From assembly GCA_963827155.1 (NCBI GenBank), contig CAWGZV010000002.1, forward strand, positions 2,601,062 to 2,665,061: DNA of 64,000 bases. The letters run 5' to 3'. The notes beneath the pieces are model-generated. The model saw nothing but the letters and a program-made list of their open reading frames with translations, searched no databases and was not told the origin of the DNA. Positions within the stretch are counted from its first letter, which is position 1; each line of letters begins with the position of its first letter. Below are positions 21,002-30,324 of the stretch, one piece after another. The translations under genes were made by a program, and so were the position numbers. Source of the stretch: an uncultured Chloroflexia bacterium. Its GTDB lineage: Bacteria; Chloroflexota; Anaerolineae; Anaerolineales; UBA4823.

Positions 21002-21880
21002 TTATCGGATCTGAAGCTCCAAATTTCCAGCTCCCAGGTCGACATTGATCGTCAATACTGGACCCCCGTTTCCAGTCAAATATGCGTCGTTTTGGATTTC
21101 CCAGTCTCCTGAGGTCTGAACATTCATCAATCCTGAGGTATTTATACGCGCGGTCATTCCCTCAGGAATCACAATCACCAGTTGGCTGAAGCCCGACTCG
21201 ATCGAAGCGACCGCATCCCTTTTTAACTCTCCAGAAAAATCCAGTTTATAATTCCCTGCCCCGCTTCGAAAAACAAGCGAAGTGAAGTTGGCATTCGCGA
21301 GATCCGATAAAGTCACATTAGAAGCACCAGTCTGATATCTCAATCGGTCCATTTCAACCGGATTCGGCGAAGAAAATCGAAGGCTCACGTCTGCAGCGCC
21401 ATCGGTAACTTCCAACTCCCGAATCGGAAGACCACCCAAGTCCATGTCGCCTTGATAGGCGCCTGAGTTTATTTTGAGCCTCATCAAGAAATTCCCAAGC
21501 TCTAGATCCCAGCGGTTTTCCACCTCGTCGCTCATTCTTGGGATCCCCTTGATTTCCAACTCGCCGGTTGTAAGTCGAACCGTTTCATCCTCGACAGAGA
21601 TTTCCGGTTTTAAATCGTCTACGTTATACTTTGCAGTTCCGCTCACCAAAGCGGCTTGAGAAGACGAGCCTTCCTTTGCTGGGCGAATTTTTAGCTCTCC
21701 AGCGCCAAATTCAATCGTTAGATCGATCACCTCTGCATCCGGAGGTTCGATAAGAATGTCTTCGGTTTGCGTAGGTCCAGTCACGATCCGATCTACTGGA
21801 ATATTGACTGTGATACCGCATGCCATTGTTATCAATGCTGCAATCATTACAGCGAATAAGATTATTGAACGCCTCATCAT
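21002..21880 (-). CDS. Putative lipoprotein, toast-rack/LiaF-like beta-repeat family
   Basis: Lipobox ITMAC; repeated GAGEL, GAYQG, GAADV, GASNV, GAGNY units. Confidence 0.7.
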   Translation of the reverse strand: MMRRSIILFAVMIAALITMACGITVNIPVDRIVTGPTQTEDILIEPPDAEVIDLTIEFGAGELKIRPAKEGSSSQAALVSGTAKYNVDDLKPEISVEDETVRLTTGELEIKGIPRMSDEVENRWDLELGNFLMRLKINSGAYQGDMDLGGLPIRELEVTDGAADVSLRFSSPNPVEMDRLRYQTGASNVTLSDLANANFTSLVFRSGAGNYKLDFSGELKRDAVASIESGFSQLVIVIPEGMTARINTSGLMNVQTSGDWEIQNDAYLTGNGGPVLTINVDLGAGNLELQIR

Positions 21881-21900
21881 TAAACTCCTTCCCTCTGCAA

Positions 21901-22554
21901 TTATTTCGGGTTCATTTTTTCGTGGTATTTTCTATACGAAGAAATCCTCAGAAAGTTGCATTTTCGTATTTTGATTGATCTTGCTAAAATCAGCCGCAGC
22001 CGGGATGATGATATTAACTTCGCACGCAAGAATACGATGATCCCCGTGATTATATAAACAATTGCGAGCGAAAGAAGAGAGAATTTTATAACAGCGGCAA
22101 TGCTCGCGATTTCAGGCCAGGGAGATCCGGCTCTCTTCAAAAGGACCAGAACAAGTCCAAGATTCTCGATTGAATCGAAAATAACTGCACACCATACAGC
22201 CGCAGCAAGAACCGCTCTCGAATAGCCTATCGACCAGCCAGCCCCTAAAAGAATTCTGCCTGTCCAAAAACACGCTATGCTGAGAGCCAAAGCATAACTG
22301 ACCATGAACAGGTAGTCAAATCCGAGATTAAACGAAGCAAGGCTTTGAAGCTCTGGAGTCCAGGAGCTGAGGATCTCAAACGCCCTTTCGGGAGTCCGGG
22401 CAAATTCAAATGAGATGATTCCTGCGGACGCTGCAGGATTAATCAATGGAGTATTGACAACACTGATAACAATAAAGGTGAATGCAAATCCTAGCCACAA
22501 AAGCCAGATCAGGGCTCTACTTATAGCCGGCGATTTGGATATTTGAAGCGCCAT
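21901..22554 (-). CDS. Membrane protein of unknown function
   Basis: 4-5 TMs; IISFEFA, GFDYLF, FDSIEN, IKFSLL. Confidence 0.7.
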   Translation of the reverse strand: MALQISKSPAISRALIWLLWLGFAFTFIVISVVNTPLINPAASAGIISFEFARTPERAFEILSSWTPELQSLASFNLGFDYLFMVSYALALSIACFWTGRILLGAGWSIGYSRAVLAAAVWCAVIFDSIENLGLVLVLLKRAGSPWPEIASIAAVIKFSLLSLAIVYIITGIIVFLRAKLISSSRLRLILARSIKIRKCNFLRISSYRKYHEKMNPK

Positions 22555-22650
22555 GTTTTCCTCCTTTGTGATGATTTTACCCTCTTCTCCATTTCCCTTG
22601 CAGGAAAAGGATATTTAGGGCAAAATTGTTCTGAATCCTGGAGGATAAAA

Positions 22651-23061
22651 ATGTCCGAAAATCCACAATCCGAAGAAAGCATTACCGAAGAATTTCGCAG
22701 GTTGGGAATCAACCTGGTTTCAGCATTACAAACTGCCTGGGAAGCTCCAGAAAGAAAAAAGCTGCAAGACGAATTGACGAGCGGTCTAAACGAATTAGGC
22801 TCCACGCTGCGGCGGGAGGTTGAGCAGTTCTCGAGCAGCGATACGGGACAGCGCATTAAAGGAGACGTGGAGCAGTTTGGTGAAAAAATCCGAAGCGCTG
22901 AAACAACATCTAAGGTTCGCGGTGAATTGATCCATGCCTTACAATTAGCCAACACCGAGATCCAAAGGGTAATTGACAATTGGACTGAAAGCGAATCGAA
23001 CTCCGAGGCGGCAGACCCAAATAAAACAGCATCGAATGATGCTCCGCCTGTTCAAGAGTGA
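22651..23061 (+). CDS. Helical hypothetical protein
   Basis: GGAGG RBS before ATG 22651; acidic, helix-forming composition. Confidence 0.7.
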   Translation: MSENPQSEESITEEFRRLGINLVSALQTAWEAPERKKLQDELTSGLNELGSTLRREVEQFSSSDTGQRIKGDVEQFGEKIRSAETTSKVRGELIHALQLANTEIQRVIDNWTESESNSEAADPNKTASNDAPPVQE

Positions 23062-23147
23062 GATCATACATCCTGATTTTCTGCTTCATACCTCTTGCTT
23101 GACAGTCATCCATGCTTGCGATAGCATAGGTAAGAGGTCAATTAATA

Positions 23148-23822
23148 ATGAAAGGCGAACAACAACTGGTGGAACAAGCTACGGATAATTCGGTTGCCAA
23201 ACCAAGACAGACACTTTCAGACCAGATGCGTAAAACCTTTGGAGGCGTACTCGACCCGATCGCAGGGTTTCTGAACCGTCTCGGATTAATGCCTAACACA
23301 ATTACTGTGCTGGGGTTGATCGGGAATGTGATCGGCGCCAGCTTAATCGCTTTTGGGCAAGTCCAGATTGGCGGGATAATAGTTCTTATGATGGGGCCGG
23401 TGGATGCCCTTGATGGGGCAATGGCCAGGTTGCGCGGGATGGCAGGTCAATTCGGAGCTTTCGTGGATTCAGTCACGGACCGGTATTCGGAACTGGTCAT
23501 CTACTTAGGTCTCTTGGTCCATTTCACCCGGGTATGGAATCCGCAGGCAATTATCCTAGTATTTTCGGCAGCGGCGGGTTCAGTCCTGGTTTCGTATATT
23601 CGGGCTCGTGGGCAGTCGCTCGGTTGGGATACAAAAAAGGGGATATTAACCCGCATGGAACGGTACCTTGTCCTGGCTCCGGCATTGATCCTGAATATTC
23701 CTGTTGCGGGGCTGTGGATCATTGCGGTACTCGCGAATATCACCGCAATTCAGAGAATCGTTGATGTTCGCCGGCAGGCTTATCAGACTCAGTCTTCCTT
23801 AAACCAGGCATCAGAAAAATAA
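23148..23822 (+). CDS. CDP-alcohol phosphatidyltransferase (PI/PIP-synthase-like)
   Basis: PNTIT, DALDGAMAR...GAFVDSVTDR, SYIRAR, GILTRMER. Confidence 0.9.
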   Translation: MKGEQQLVEQATDNSVAKPRQTLSDQMRKTFGGVLDPIAGFLNRLGLMPNTITVLGLIGNVIGASLIAFGQVQIGGIIVLMMGPVDALDGAMARLRGMAGQFGAFVDSVTDRYSELVIYLGLLVHFTRVWNPQAIILVFSAAAGSVLVSYIRARGQSLGWDTKKGILTRMERYLVLAPALILNIPVAGLWIIAVLANITAIQRIVDVRRQAYQTQSSLNQASEK

Positions 23823-24667
23823 TGAACATCCCAACGGGTTTTCAACTAGGACCGATCTACATTTACTATTACGGCATCATCTTGATGATAGGCGCGCTGG
23901 CGGGCGGCTGGTTGGCGAGTGTGGAAGCCCGCCGCAAGGGGGTAAATCCGGAAATTGTGTGGGATGGATTGATTTGGGCTTTGATAGCCGGGATTATTGG
24001 AGCTCGACTGTGGCATGTGTTTACACCTCCACAATCAATGGTCGAGCAGGGAATAACCACTTATTGGTACTTGATGCATCCATTAGATTTTCTGAACACA
24101 CGCCAGGGAGGTCTTGGTATTCCTGGAGCAGTCATTGGCGGCTTAACTGGATTATATCTGTTCAGCCGGCGAAGGAAAATTAATTTCCTACAGCTTACGG
24201 ATATCGGCGCCCCGGGATTAGCTCTCGGACAGGCAATCGGGCGCTGGGGGAATTTCGTAAATCAAGAACTTTATGGCTCGCCAACGACCTTGCCCTGGGC
24301 GGTCCATATTGACGCGAAAAACAGGCTCCCTGGTTTTGAGACAATTGAGACCTATCATCCGCTCTTCCTCTATGAAGCGCTTTGGAGTTTGGGAAATCTG
24401 ATCGTTCTATTGTGGATGGGGCGTAAATATGAAAACCGTCTCAAGGACGGGGATATCTTTTTGACCTATCTGATTATCTATCCGCTCGGTCGGTTTTTTC
24501 TAGAGTTCTTACGGTTGGATGCAGCCTACCTTGGGGGTATCAATGCCAACCAGACCTTGATGGCGGTGGTTGCAATCAGCGCAGCGGCAACGCTTTTTTG
24601 GCGCCATCGCGATGGGTCCGGATCTGAAACGGAGAATGAACCTCCGCAATCTAACGGATCCGAATAA
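23822..24667 (+). CDS. lgt: Prolipoprotein diacylglyceryl transferase
   Basis: YYGI, IGARLWHV, AIGRWGNFVNQELYG, HPLFLYE, GRFFLEFLR. Confidence 0.96.
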   Translation: MNIPTGFQLGPIYIYYYGIILMIGALAGGWLASVEARRKGVNPEIVWDGLIWALIAGIIGARLWHVFTPPQSMVEQGITTYWYLMHPLDFLNTRQGGLGIPGAVIGGLTGLYLFSRRRKINFLQLTDIGAPGLALGQAIGRWGNFVNQELYGSPTTLPWAVHIDAKNRLPGFETIETYHPLFLYEALWSLGNLIVLLWMGRKYENRLKDGDIFLTYLIIYPLGRFFLEFLRLDAAYLGGINANQTLMAVVAISAAATLFWRHRDGSGSETENEPPQSNGSE

Positions 24668-24677
24668 CAGTTGGATC

Positions 24678-25616
24678 ATGATCCTGACCGAAGATCTCGG
24701 GAAGCGATTTGACAAATTCCAGGCGGTTGAAGCGGTCAACCTGACCGTCCAAAATGGGGAAGTGCTTGCCCTGCTGGGACCCAACGGCGCCGGTAAAACC
24801 ACAACCGTGCGTATGCTTTCATCGGTGCTGATTCCGAGTTCGGGCTCAGCAAAGGTAGCAAATTTTGATGTAGTGCATGAGGCAGCCAGCGTCCGAGCTA
24901 ATGTCGGGGTTTTAACCGAAAATCACGGTCTCTACAACCGGATGCCCGCACAAGAATACCTGGATTTTTTTGGACAAATTTATCGATTGAGCCCAGAATT
25001 GCGCAAGAAGCGGACTCAGCAGCTTCTGGAAGAATTTGGTTTGGAACAAAACTCGCGTCAACCTATCGGTGAGTATTCCAAAGGAATGAGGCAGAAGCTG
25101 GCGCTCGCCCGTGCATTGCTCCATGACCCGCCCGTTCTTCTTCTAGACGAGCCAACTTCTGCAATGGACCCTGAAAGCGCTCGCTTAGTACGAGACTCTA
25201 TCCTAACAATGCGCTCCGAAGATCGAACAATAGTGATATGCACACACAATCTGGCGGAAGCCGAACAGCTCTCCGATAAAATCGCGATTATCAGAGAGGG
25301 TAAAATCATTGCCCAGGGTTCGCCAGAGGGATTAAAACGCGACATGCTTGGGTCAGCCGAATATGAGATTAGACTTGCGGCTGAAATTAATGGTCGACTT
25401 CCCGGATTGCCAGAATGCGCAAAAGAATCTGGGTTTGGAAAAGACTGGATTCGCTACCGGACTGCCGATCCATTCCGGGAAAACCCAGCAGTGATTCGCT
25501 GTCTGGTTGACCAGGGATTGGATGTGGTCAGCTTGCAAGAAGTCCCTCGAAGCCTGGAGCAGGTTTATATGCAGGCAATCAGCGCCAATGAATTTAAGGC
25601 AGGGGTGAATGGATAG
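24678..25616 (+). CDS. ABC exporter ATP-binding subunit
   Basis: GPNGAGKTT, YSKGMRQK, LLLDEP, ICTH. Confidence 0.93.
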   Translation: MILTEDLGKRFDKFQAVEAVNLTVQNGEVLALLGPNGAGKTTTVRMLSSVLIPSSGSAKVANFDVVHEAASVRANVGVLTENHGLYNRMPAQEYLDFFGQIYRLSPELRKKRTQQLLEEFGLEQNSRQPIGEYSKGMRQKLALARALLHDPPVLLLDEPTSAMDPESARLVRDSILTMRSEDRTIVICTHNLAEAEQLSDKIAIIREGKIIAQGSPEGLKRDMLGSAEYEIRLAAEINGRLPGLPECAKESGFGKDWIRYRTADPFRENPAVIRCLVDQGLDVVSLQEVPRSLEQVYMQAISANEFKAGVNG

Positions 25617-27027
25617 CTTGCGAATGGCGCTCGTGATCACTCGCAGGGAAATGCGAGATCAATTCCGGGATTGGAGGATCATCTTTCCGGTCATCGTTCT
25701 GACATTGGTGTTTCCCTGGTTGATGAATTTCACGGCGCGCCAGGCAGTAAGGTTTGTTGAACGCTACAACGCCCCACTTGTCGCCGAAAGGATGATCCCC
25801 TTTCTATTGATGATTGTGGGATTTTTCCCGATCTCGGTCTCGTTAGTCATCGCATTAGAGAGCTTTGTTGGTGAAAAAGAACGTCGAAGTATCGAGCCGC
25901 TGCTTTGTTCTCCGCTCAGTGACGGTCAGCTCTATTTCGGAAAACTTATGGCGGCGATGACCCCCCCGGTACTTGCCAGTTATTTGGGGATTGCGGTGTA
26001 CCTAACTGGATTGTTAATTCAGGTCGGTTGGAAGCCTTCAGCGATCTTATTAACCCAAATCTTAGTCTTGACCACTGTTCAAGCGATCGTGATGGTCAGC
26101 GGCGCCGTAGTAGTCTCATCCCAAACTACGTCTGTACGGGCGGCTAATCTTCTTGCATCTTTCATTATCATTCCCATGGCTTTTCTTATCCAGGGAGAAG
26201 CTATGATCATGTTTTGGGCTCGCTATTACATCTTGTGGTGGGTGATTGCTGGCGAGCTTGTAATCGCCGGTCTGCTTATCCGCACAGGGGTTTCATATTT
26301 CAACCGGGAAGAACTGTTGGGACGGGAGCTGGACACCATCAATTTGAAATCTGCCTTCTGGCGGGTTCGCATATCATTTTTTGGCAAAGCCTCTTCTGTC
26401 AAGAATTGGTACTTAAAAATACTGCCCGCCACACTATTTGAGCTTCGCCTCCCTATCCTATTTTCTTCAATCGCCTTATTGATTGGGTATATCGCAGGAT
26501 TCAGCCTTGCGGATGAATTCCGGCTTCCAGCCCATCTGGTAGCATACCAGAATTTGGGAAGCGGGTTTATCCAAGGTCTAAAATCAATGCGATTTTTTAG
26601 TACAGCCGGAATTGGGATTATCTGGCTTCACAACCTGCGTTCAATTCTTATTGCTACTATATTAGGGGTCTTCTCTTTTGGGGTCTTAGGGTTGTTGGTC
26701 TTGATGCTGCCGATAATGGTGATTGGATTTGCGGCTGGGAATATTTCGCTTGCAGGTCTATCCCCGCTCACTTTTTTTGCCGCTCTGGTTCTGCCGCACG
26801 GATTATTTGAAATTCCGGCGATTATTCTAGCTGGTGCTGCTATTCTCCAACTGGGAGCGACACTAACGGCACCTGCTGAAGGAAAGACAATCGGAGAAGC
26901 CTGGCTGGTAGCCCTTGGCAAGTGGGCGCGGATCATAATCGGCGTGGTTATTCCGCTTTTCTTACTATCGGCAGCGATTGAAGTATTCATAACCCCTCAT
27001 ATCGCAGTCTGGCTGCTGGGGAAATGA
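25609..27027 (+). CDS. ABC-2 permease fused to a SpoIIM-like domain
   Basis: ESFVGEKERRSIEPLL in the N-half; IWLHNLRS and LPHGLFEIPA, AAIEVFITP in the C-half. Confidence 0.82.
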   Translation: MDSLRMALVITRREMRDQFRDWRIIFPVIVLTLVFPWLMNFTARQAVRFVERYNAPLVAERMIPFLLMIVGFFPISVSLVIALESFVGEKERRSIEPLLCSPLSDGQLYFGKLMAAMTPPVLASYLGIAVYLTGLLIQVGWKPSAILLTQILVLTTVQAIVMVSGAVVVSSQTTSVRAANLLASFIIIPMAFLIQGEAMIMFWARYYILWWVIAGELVIAGLLIRTGVSYFNREELLGRELDTINLKSAFWRVRISFFGKASSVKNWYLKILPATLFELRLPILFSSIALLIGYIAGFSLADEFRLPAHLVAYQNLGSGFIQGLKSMRFFSTAGIGIIWLHNLRSILIATILGVFSFGVLGLLVLMLPIMVIGFAAGNISLAGLSPLTFFAALVLPHGLFEIPAIILAGAAILQLGATLTAPAEGKTIGEAWLVALGKWARIIIGVVIPLFLLSAAIEVFITPHIAVWLLGK

Positions 27028-27060
27028 GCATATATATTTTATAGATAGGAGATTACTCGA

Positions 27061-27852
27061 GTGACAAAATTAATTTTTCTCGGGACATCGTTTGTTGTCC
27101 CTGCTTTCAACCATGAGAACACGCATCTTTTGATCCTTGGTGAAAAACAAAAAATTTTAATTGACACTGGTAATAATCCCACGGTGAGGCTGAAACAAGT
27201 TGGGCTTGATCCACTGGAATTGACCGATTTGCTGCTGACTCATTTCCATCCGGACCATATTTCTGGAGCGCCTTCACTCTTGTTGAACAGCTGGATATTG
27301 GGGAGAATAAAACCGCTGGATATCTATGGACTTGACGATACAATGCAGCGGTTCGAAAAAATGATGGATCTCTATCAGTGGGAGAACTGGCCGAACTTTT
27401 ATCCAGTCCATCTGCATCCCATAGAGCCACGGGAGCTGGTCGAGGTATTCAACAGCGAAGAATTCCTAGTCACCAGCTCGCCCGTCCATCATATGATCCC
27501 TGCATTTGGGATGAGGATCATATCCCACCGAACAAGGAGGTGCATTGTCTATTCAAGCGACACAGAGCCTTGCGATGAGGTTGTGAATCTTGCAGAGGGC
27601 GCCGATATCTTGATCCACGAAGCTACGGGGGCAAGCCTTGGACACAGCTCTGCCGCCCAGGCTGGTGAGATCGCTTCGAAGGCCCGGGTAAAAGAGCTCT
27701 ACCTGATCCATTACAAACGCCCATTATCCCACTCAACAGAATGGACCACTGCGGACGCATTAGCAAGCCGGAATAGTTTGGTGGATGAAGCGCGAACCAC
27801 CTTCGATGGTCCAGTAACGGTGGCTGAAGATTTTATGGAACTTGAGTTTTAA
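27061..27852 (+). CDS. RNase Z-like metallo-beta-lactamase-fold hydrolase
   Basis: LGTS, ILIDTG, THFHPDH, YSSDT, IHEAT, HSSA, LIH. Confidence 0.85.
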   Translation: MTKLIFLGTSFVVPAFNHENTHLLILGEKQKILIDTGNNPTVRLKQVGLDPLELTDLLLTHFHPDHISGAPSLLLNSWILGRIKPLDIYGLDDTMQRFEKMMDLYQWENWPNFYPVHLHPIEPRELVEVFNSEEFLVTSSPVHHMIPAFGMRIISHRTRRCIVYSSDTEPCDEVVNLAEGADILIHEATGASLGHSSAAQAGEIASKARVKELYLIHYKRPLSHSTEWTTADALASRNSLVDEARTTFDGPVTVAEDFMELEF

Positions 27853-27858
27853 TTGAAA

Positions 27859-28362
27859 TTACCAGCCTTGAATGAAAGGCAGCCACTCCTGGTTTTCTCC
27901 AAGATGACGAGCAAACAGGTAAACGGCCGAAGCTGAAGGTTCTTCTGGCGGACGCATGAGTTGCATCTGAACCTGATCTAAAGTCCTTCCCCCCTTGCGG
28001 TGATTACATGACGGGCAGGCTGCTACCAGATTTTCCCAAGAATGACTACCCCCAAGCCGGCGAGGAATCACATGGTCTATGGTCAAATACGAGACGCGCT
28101 GACCGCAGTATTGACAGGTGTATTCATCGCGGCGCAAGACTTCACGCTTAGTCAGGCGAACAGTCAAGCGAGGGCGTTTGATCATCTTATCGAGCCGAAT
28201 TATCGAAGGTTTTGGAAAGATTGCAGCGACCGATCGAACTTCGCCGCGTCCATTCAAGACTAGGCTGGCTTTTCCATTCAGGATCAACCCCATCGCCCGT
28301 CGGGTACTGCACACATTAATCGGCTCAAAGTTGGCGTTTAGAACCAGGACGGGTTCCTGCAT
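27859..28362 (-). CDS. HNH endonuclease (McrA-like, solitary)
   Basis: RDEYTCQYC, TIDHVIP, WENLVAACPSCNHRKG. Confidence 0.92.
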   Translation of the reverse strand: MQEPVLVLNANFEPINVCSTRRAMGLILNGKASLVLNGRGEVRSVAAIFPKPSIIRLDKMIKRPRLTVRLTKREVLRRDEYTCQYCGQRVSYLTIDHVIPRRLGGSHSWENLVAACPSCNHRKGGRTLDQVQMQLMRPPEEPSASAVYLFARHLGENQEWLPFIQGW

Positions 28363-28469
28363 CGGTTCCTCACAAACTTGCCGAATTATAGCATGGCTCT
28401 ATTTGTTGAAGGTTAACAGTCAACAGCTTGCCTATATACGACCTGTAAGCAGAAAATCCTTTATAATTA

Positions 28470-29001
28470 TTGACCATGATCGAAGAGAGCGATTTATCGG
28501 TCGGAGAATTCTTTCCTGAGCAGCTCTCACGGCGCGGCGAGCTCGTCGCATGGGTTACTACACTAATAACCCTGGTCGGATGGATGATATTATCTGTGCT
28601 GGATTTTTCGGTCTTTATCGGCTTGAAACTGCTCTGCATCTTGCTCGGATTTTCAGCGCTCGCAATTTCACTGGGAAACTGGATGGACCGCCGAACCAGA
28701 CTCGAGCTTATGCAAAATGGGATCCATTTTGAGAACGGTTTGCGAAAAGTGACTTTGAATTGGGATGGCGTCGAAAGAGTTCGATGTCACGCCATCCGAT
28801 TGGGGCAAGAAAGTCTCCGTGATCGGAACAGGTGCTCATTTCGAATTTCGCACGCTTGGCGAAGTAAGGGTGCGTGATGAGGTTAAGGGAAGGTTAGGGT
28901 TCGAGAAAGGCGAGGAAATCTTAGCGCATATCTTGAACAAGGCTCAGTTGATTAATGTATCGAGCACTGAGGAAGGTTGCAGCCATTATTCCAAAGGTTA
29001 A
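28470..29001 (+). CDS. Two-TM protein with PH-like soluble domain; frameshift ~28782
   Basis: ORFs 28470-28877 and 28765-29001 join by removing one base (VERV|DVTPSDWGKKV). Confidence 0.6.
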
Positions 29002-29027
29002 GCCTGTGGATCTGCGGCGAGCAGCCA

Positions 29028-29055
29028 GCGCCCTCCCGCAGAGGGCGCGTTTTTT
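29028..29055 (+). terminator. Rho-independent terminator upstream of tyrS
   Basis: GCGCCCTC-CCGCA-GAGGGCGC followed by GTTTTTT. Confidence 0.75.
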
Positions 29056-29097
29056 ATGATTTGAAAGCACTCATCTAATAAATATAGGAGACAATTC

Positions 29098-30324
29098 ATG
29101 GATAAGCGTCAGATGACAATTGAGCAGCAAGTCGAGTACTTAATGCAGGGGACTGAGTACGGTGACGAAACCCTCAAGCAAGCGATGGCAGAAGAGCTAG
29201 GCCAGCGGCTACTCGAATCCCAGAAAGAAGGTCGCCCACTGCGGATTTATTGTGGTTTCGACCCTCGCACTAGCGATCTCCACCTGGGTCACACCGTCCC
29301 GATGCGCAAGCTACGCCAGTTCCAGGAATTGGGTCATGAAGTCACATTTCTTATCGGGAACTACACCTCGCTCATTGGTGATCCATCCGATAAAGATAAA
29401 CTGCGCCCCCAGCTTACGCCCCAAGAAGTGCAGCAGAATGGCCAGACCTATGCAGAACAGGCTTACAAGGTACTGGATCGGGAGAAAACACTAATCCGAT
29501 ACAATGCTGAATGGCTTTCAAAATTGACATTTGCGGAACTGATCAACCTGGCGTCTAATTTTACTATTCAACAGTTTATCGGGCGTGAAAATTTCAAGCT
29601 TCGTTGGGAGCATGGCGATGCAATTTACCTTCATGAAACATTTTATGCAATCATGCAAGGTTATGACGCATACGCGATGAGGAGCGATGTGCAAGTTGGA
29701 GGAACCGACCAGCTTTTTAACATTATTACTGCCGCCCGTAAGTTAATGGTTTTCTTGAACGAAAAACCAAATATTGGCGTAATTATGGGCATTCTACCCG
29801 GTACTGACGGCGAAGTGAAAATGAGCAAGTCCCTTGGCAACCACATTCCTTTGCTTTCCACACCAGAAGATATGTACGGCAAAGTGATGAGCGTACCTGA
29901 CAAAGCCATGGGGTTGTATCTGCGATTATTGACGCGTTGGACTCCACCAGAGATCAATGAACTTGAAGCTGGATTAGCTTCCGGTTTCTATCATCCAAGA
30001 GATGTGAAGATGAAGCTGGCTCGCGAGATCGTTGCAATCTACCATTCCGAAGAATTGGCTGAAATGGCAGAACAGTACTTCGTACGCGTCTTCCAACAGG
30101 GTGACATGCCTGATGAAATGCCCGAGTTTCAGCTCATGGGGAACCAAAGTGTTCTCGAAATCCTGGTCAGCACAGGTTTAGTCAGCAGTAAAAGCGAAGG
30201 GAAGCGCATGATCGACCAACATGCAGTTCGATTGGACGGCGAAATCCTTAATGATCCAAATCAGGCTTTCCCTCATCCTGGTGTGCTTCAGGTGGGCAAA
30301 AGGCGCTACTTGCGGATTATTTAA
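29098..30324 (+). CDS. tyrS: Tyrosine--tRNA ligase
   Basis: YCGFDP, HLGH, MQGYD, GGTDQLFN, KMSKS, C-terminal S4 domain (VGKRR). Confidence 0.98.
   Translation: MDKRQMTIEQQVEYLMQGTEYGDETLKQAMAEELGQRLLESQKEGRPLRIYCGFDPRTSDLHLGHTVPMRKLRQFQELGHEVTFLIGNYTSLIGDPSDKDKLRPQLTPQEVQQNGQTYAEQAYKVLDREKTLIRYNAEWLSKLTFAELINLASNFTIQQFIGRENFKLRWEHGDAIYLHETFYAIMQGYDAYAMRSDVQVGGTDQLFNIITAARKLMVFLNEKPNIGVIMGILPGTDGEVKMSKSLGNHIPLLSTPEDMYGKVMSVPDKAMGLYLRLLTRWTPPEINELEAGLASGFYHPRDVKMKLAREIVAIYHSEELAEMAEQYFVRVFQQGDMPDEMPEFQLMGNQSVLEILVSTGLVSSKSEGKRMIDQHAVRLDGEILNDPNQAFPHPGVLQVGKRRYLRII

Noticed and set aside
27859-28362. HNH gene as a mobile or defence element
   Set aside because: Solitary, intact, in housekeeping context, with no methylase or mobility signs.
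29002-29097. T-box riboswitch upstream of tyrS
   Set aside because: Only ~95 nt of leader with a plain terminator; no T-box AGGGTGGNACCGCG motif or stem I.
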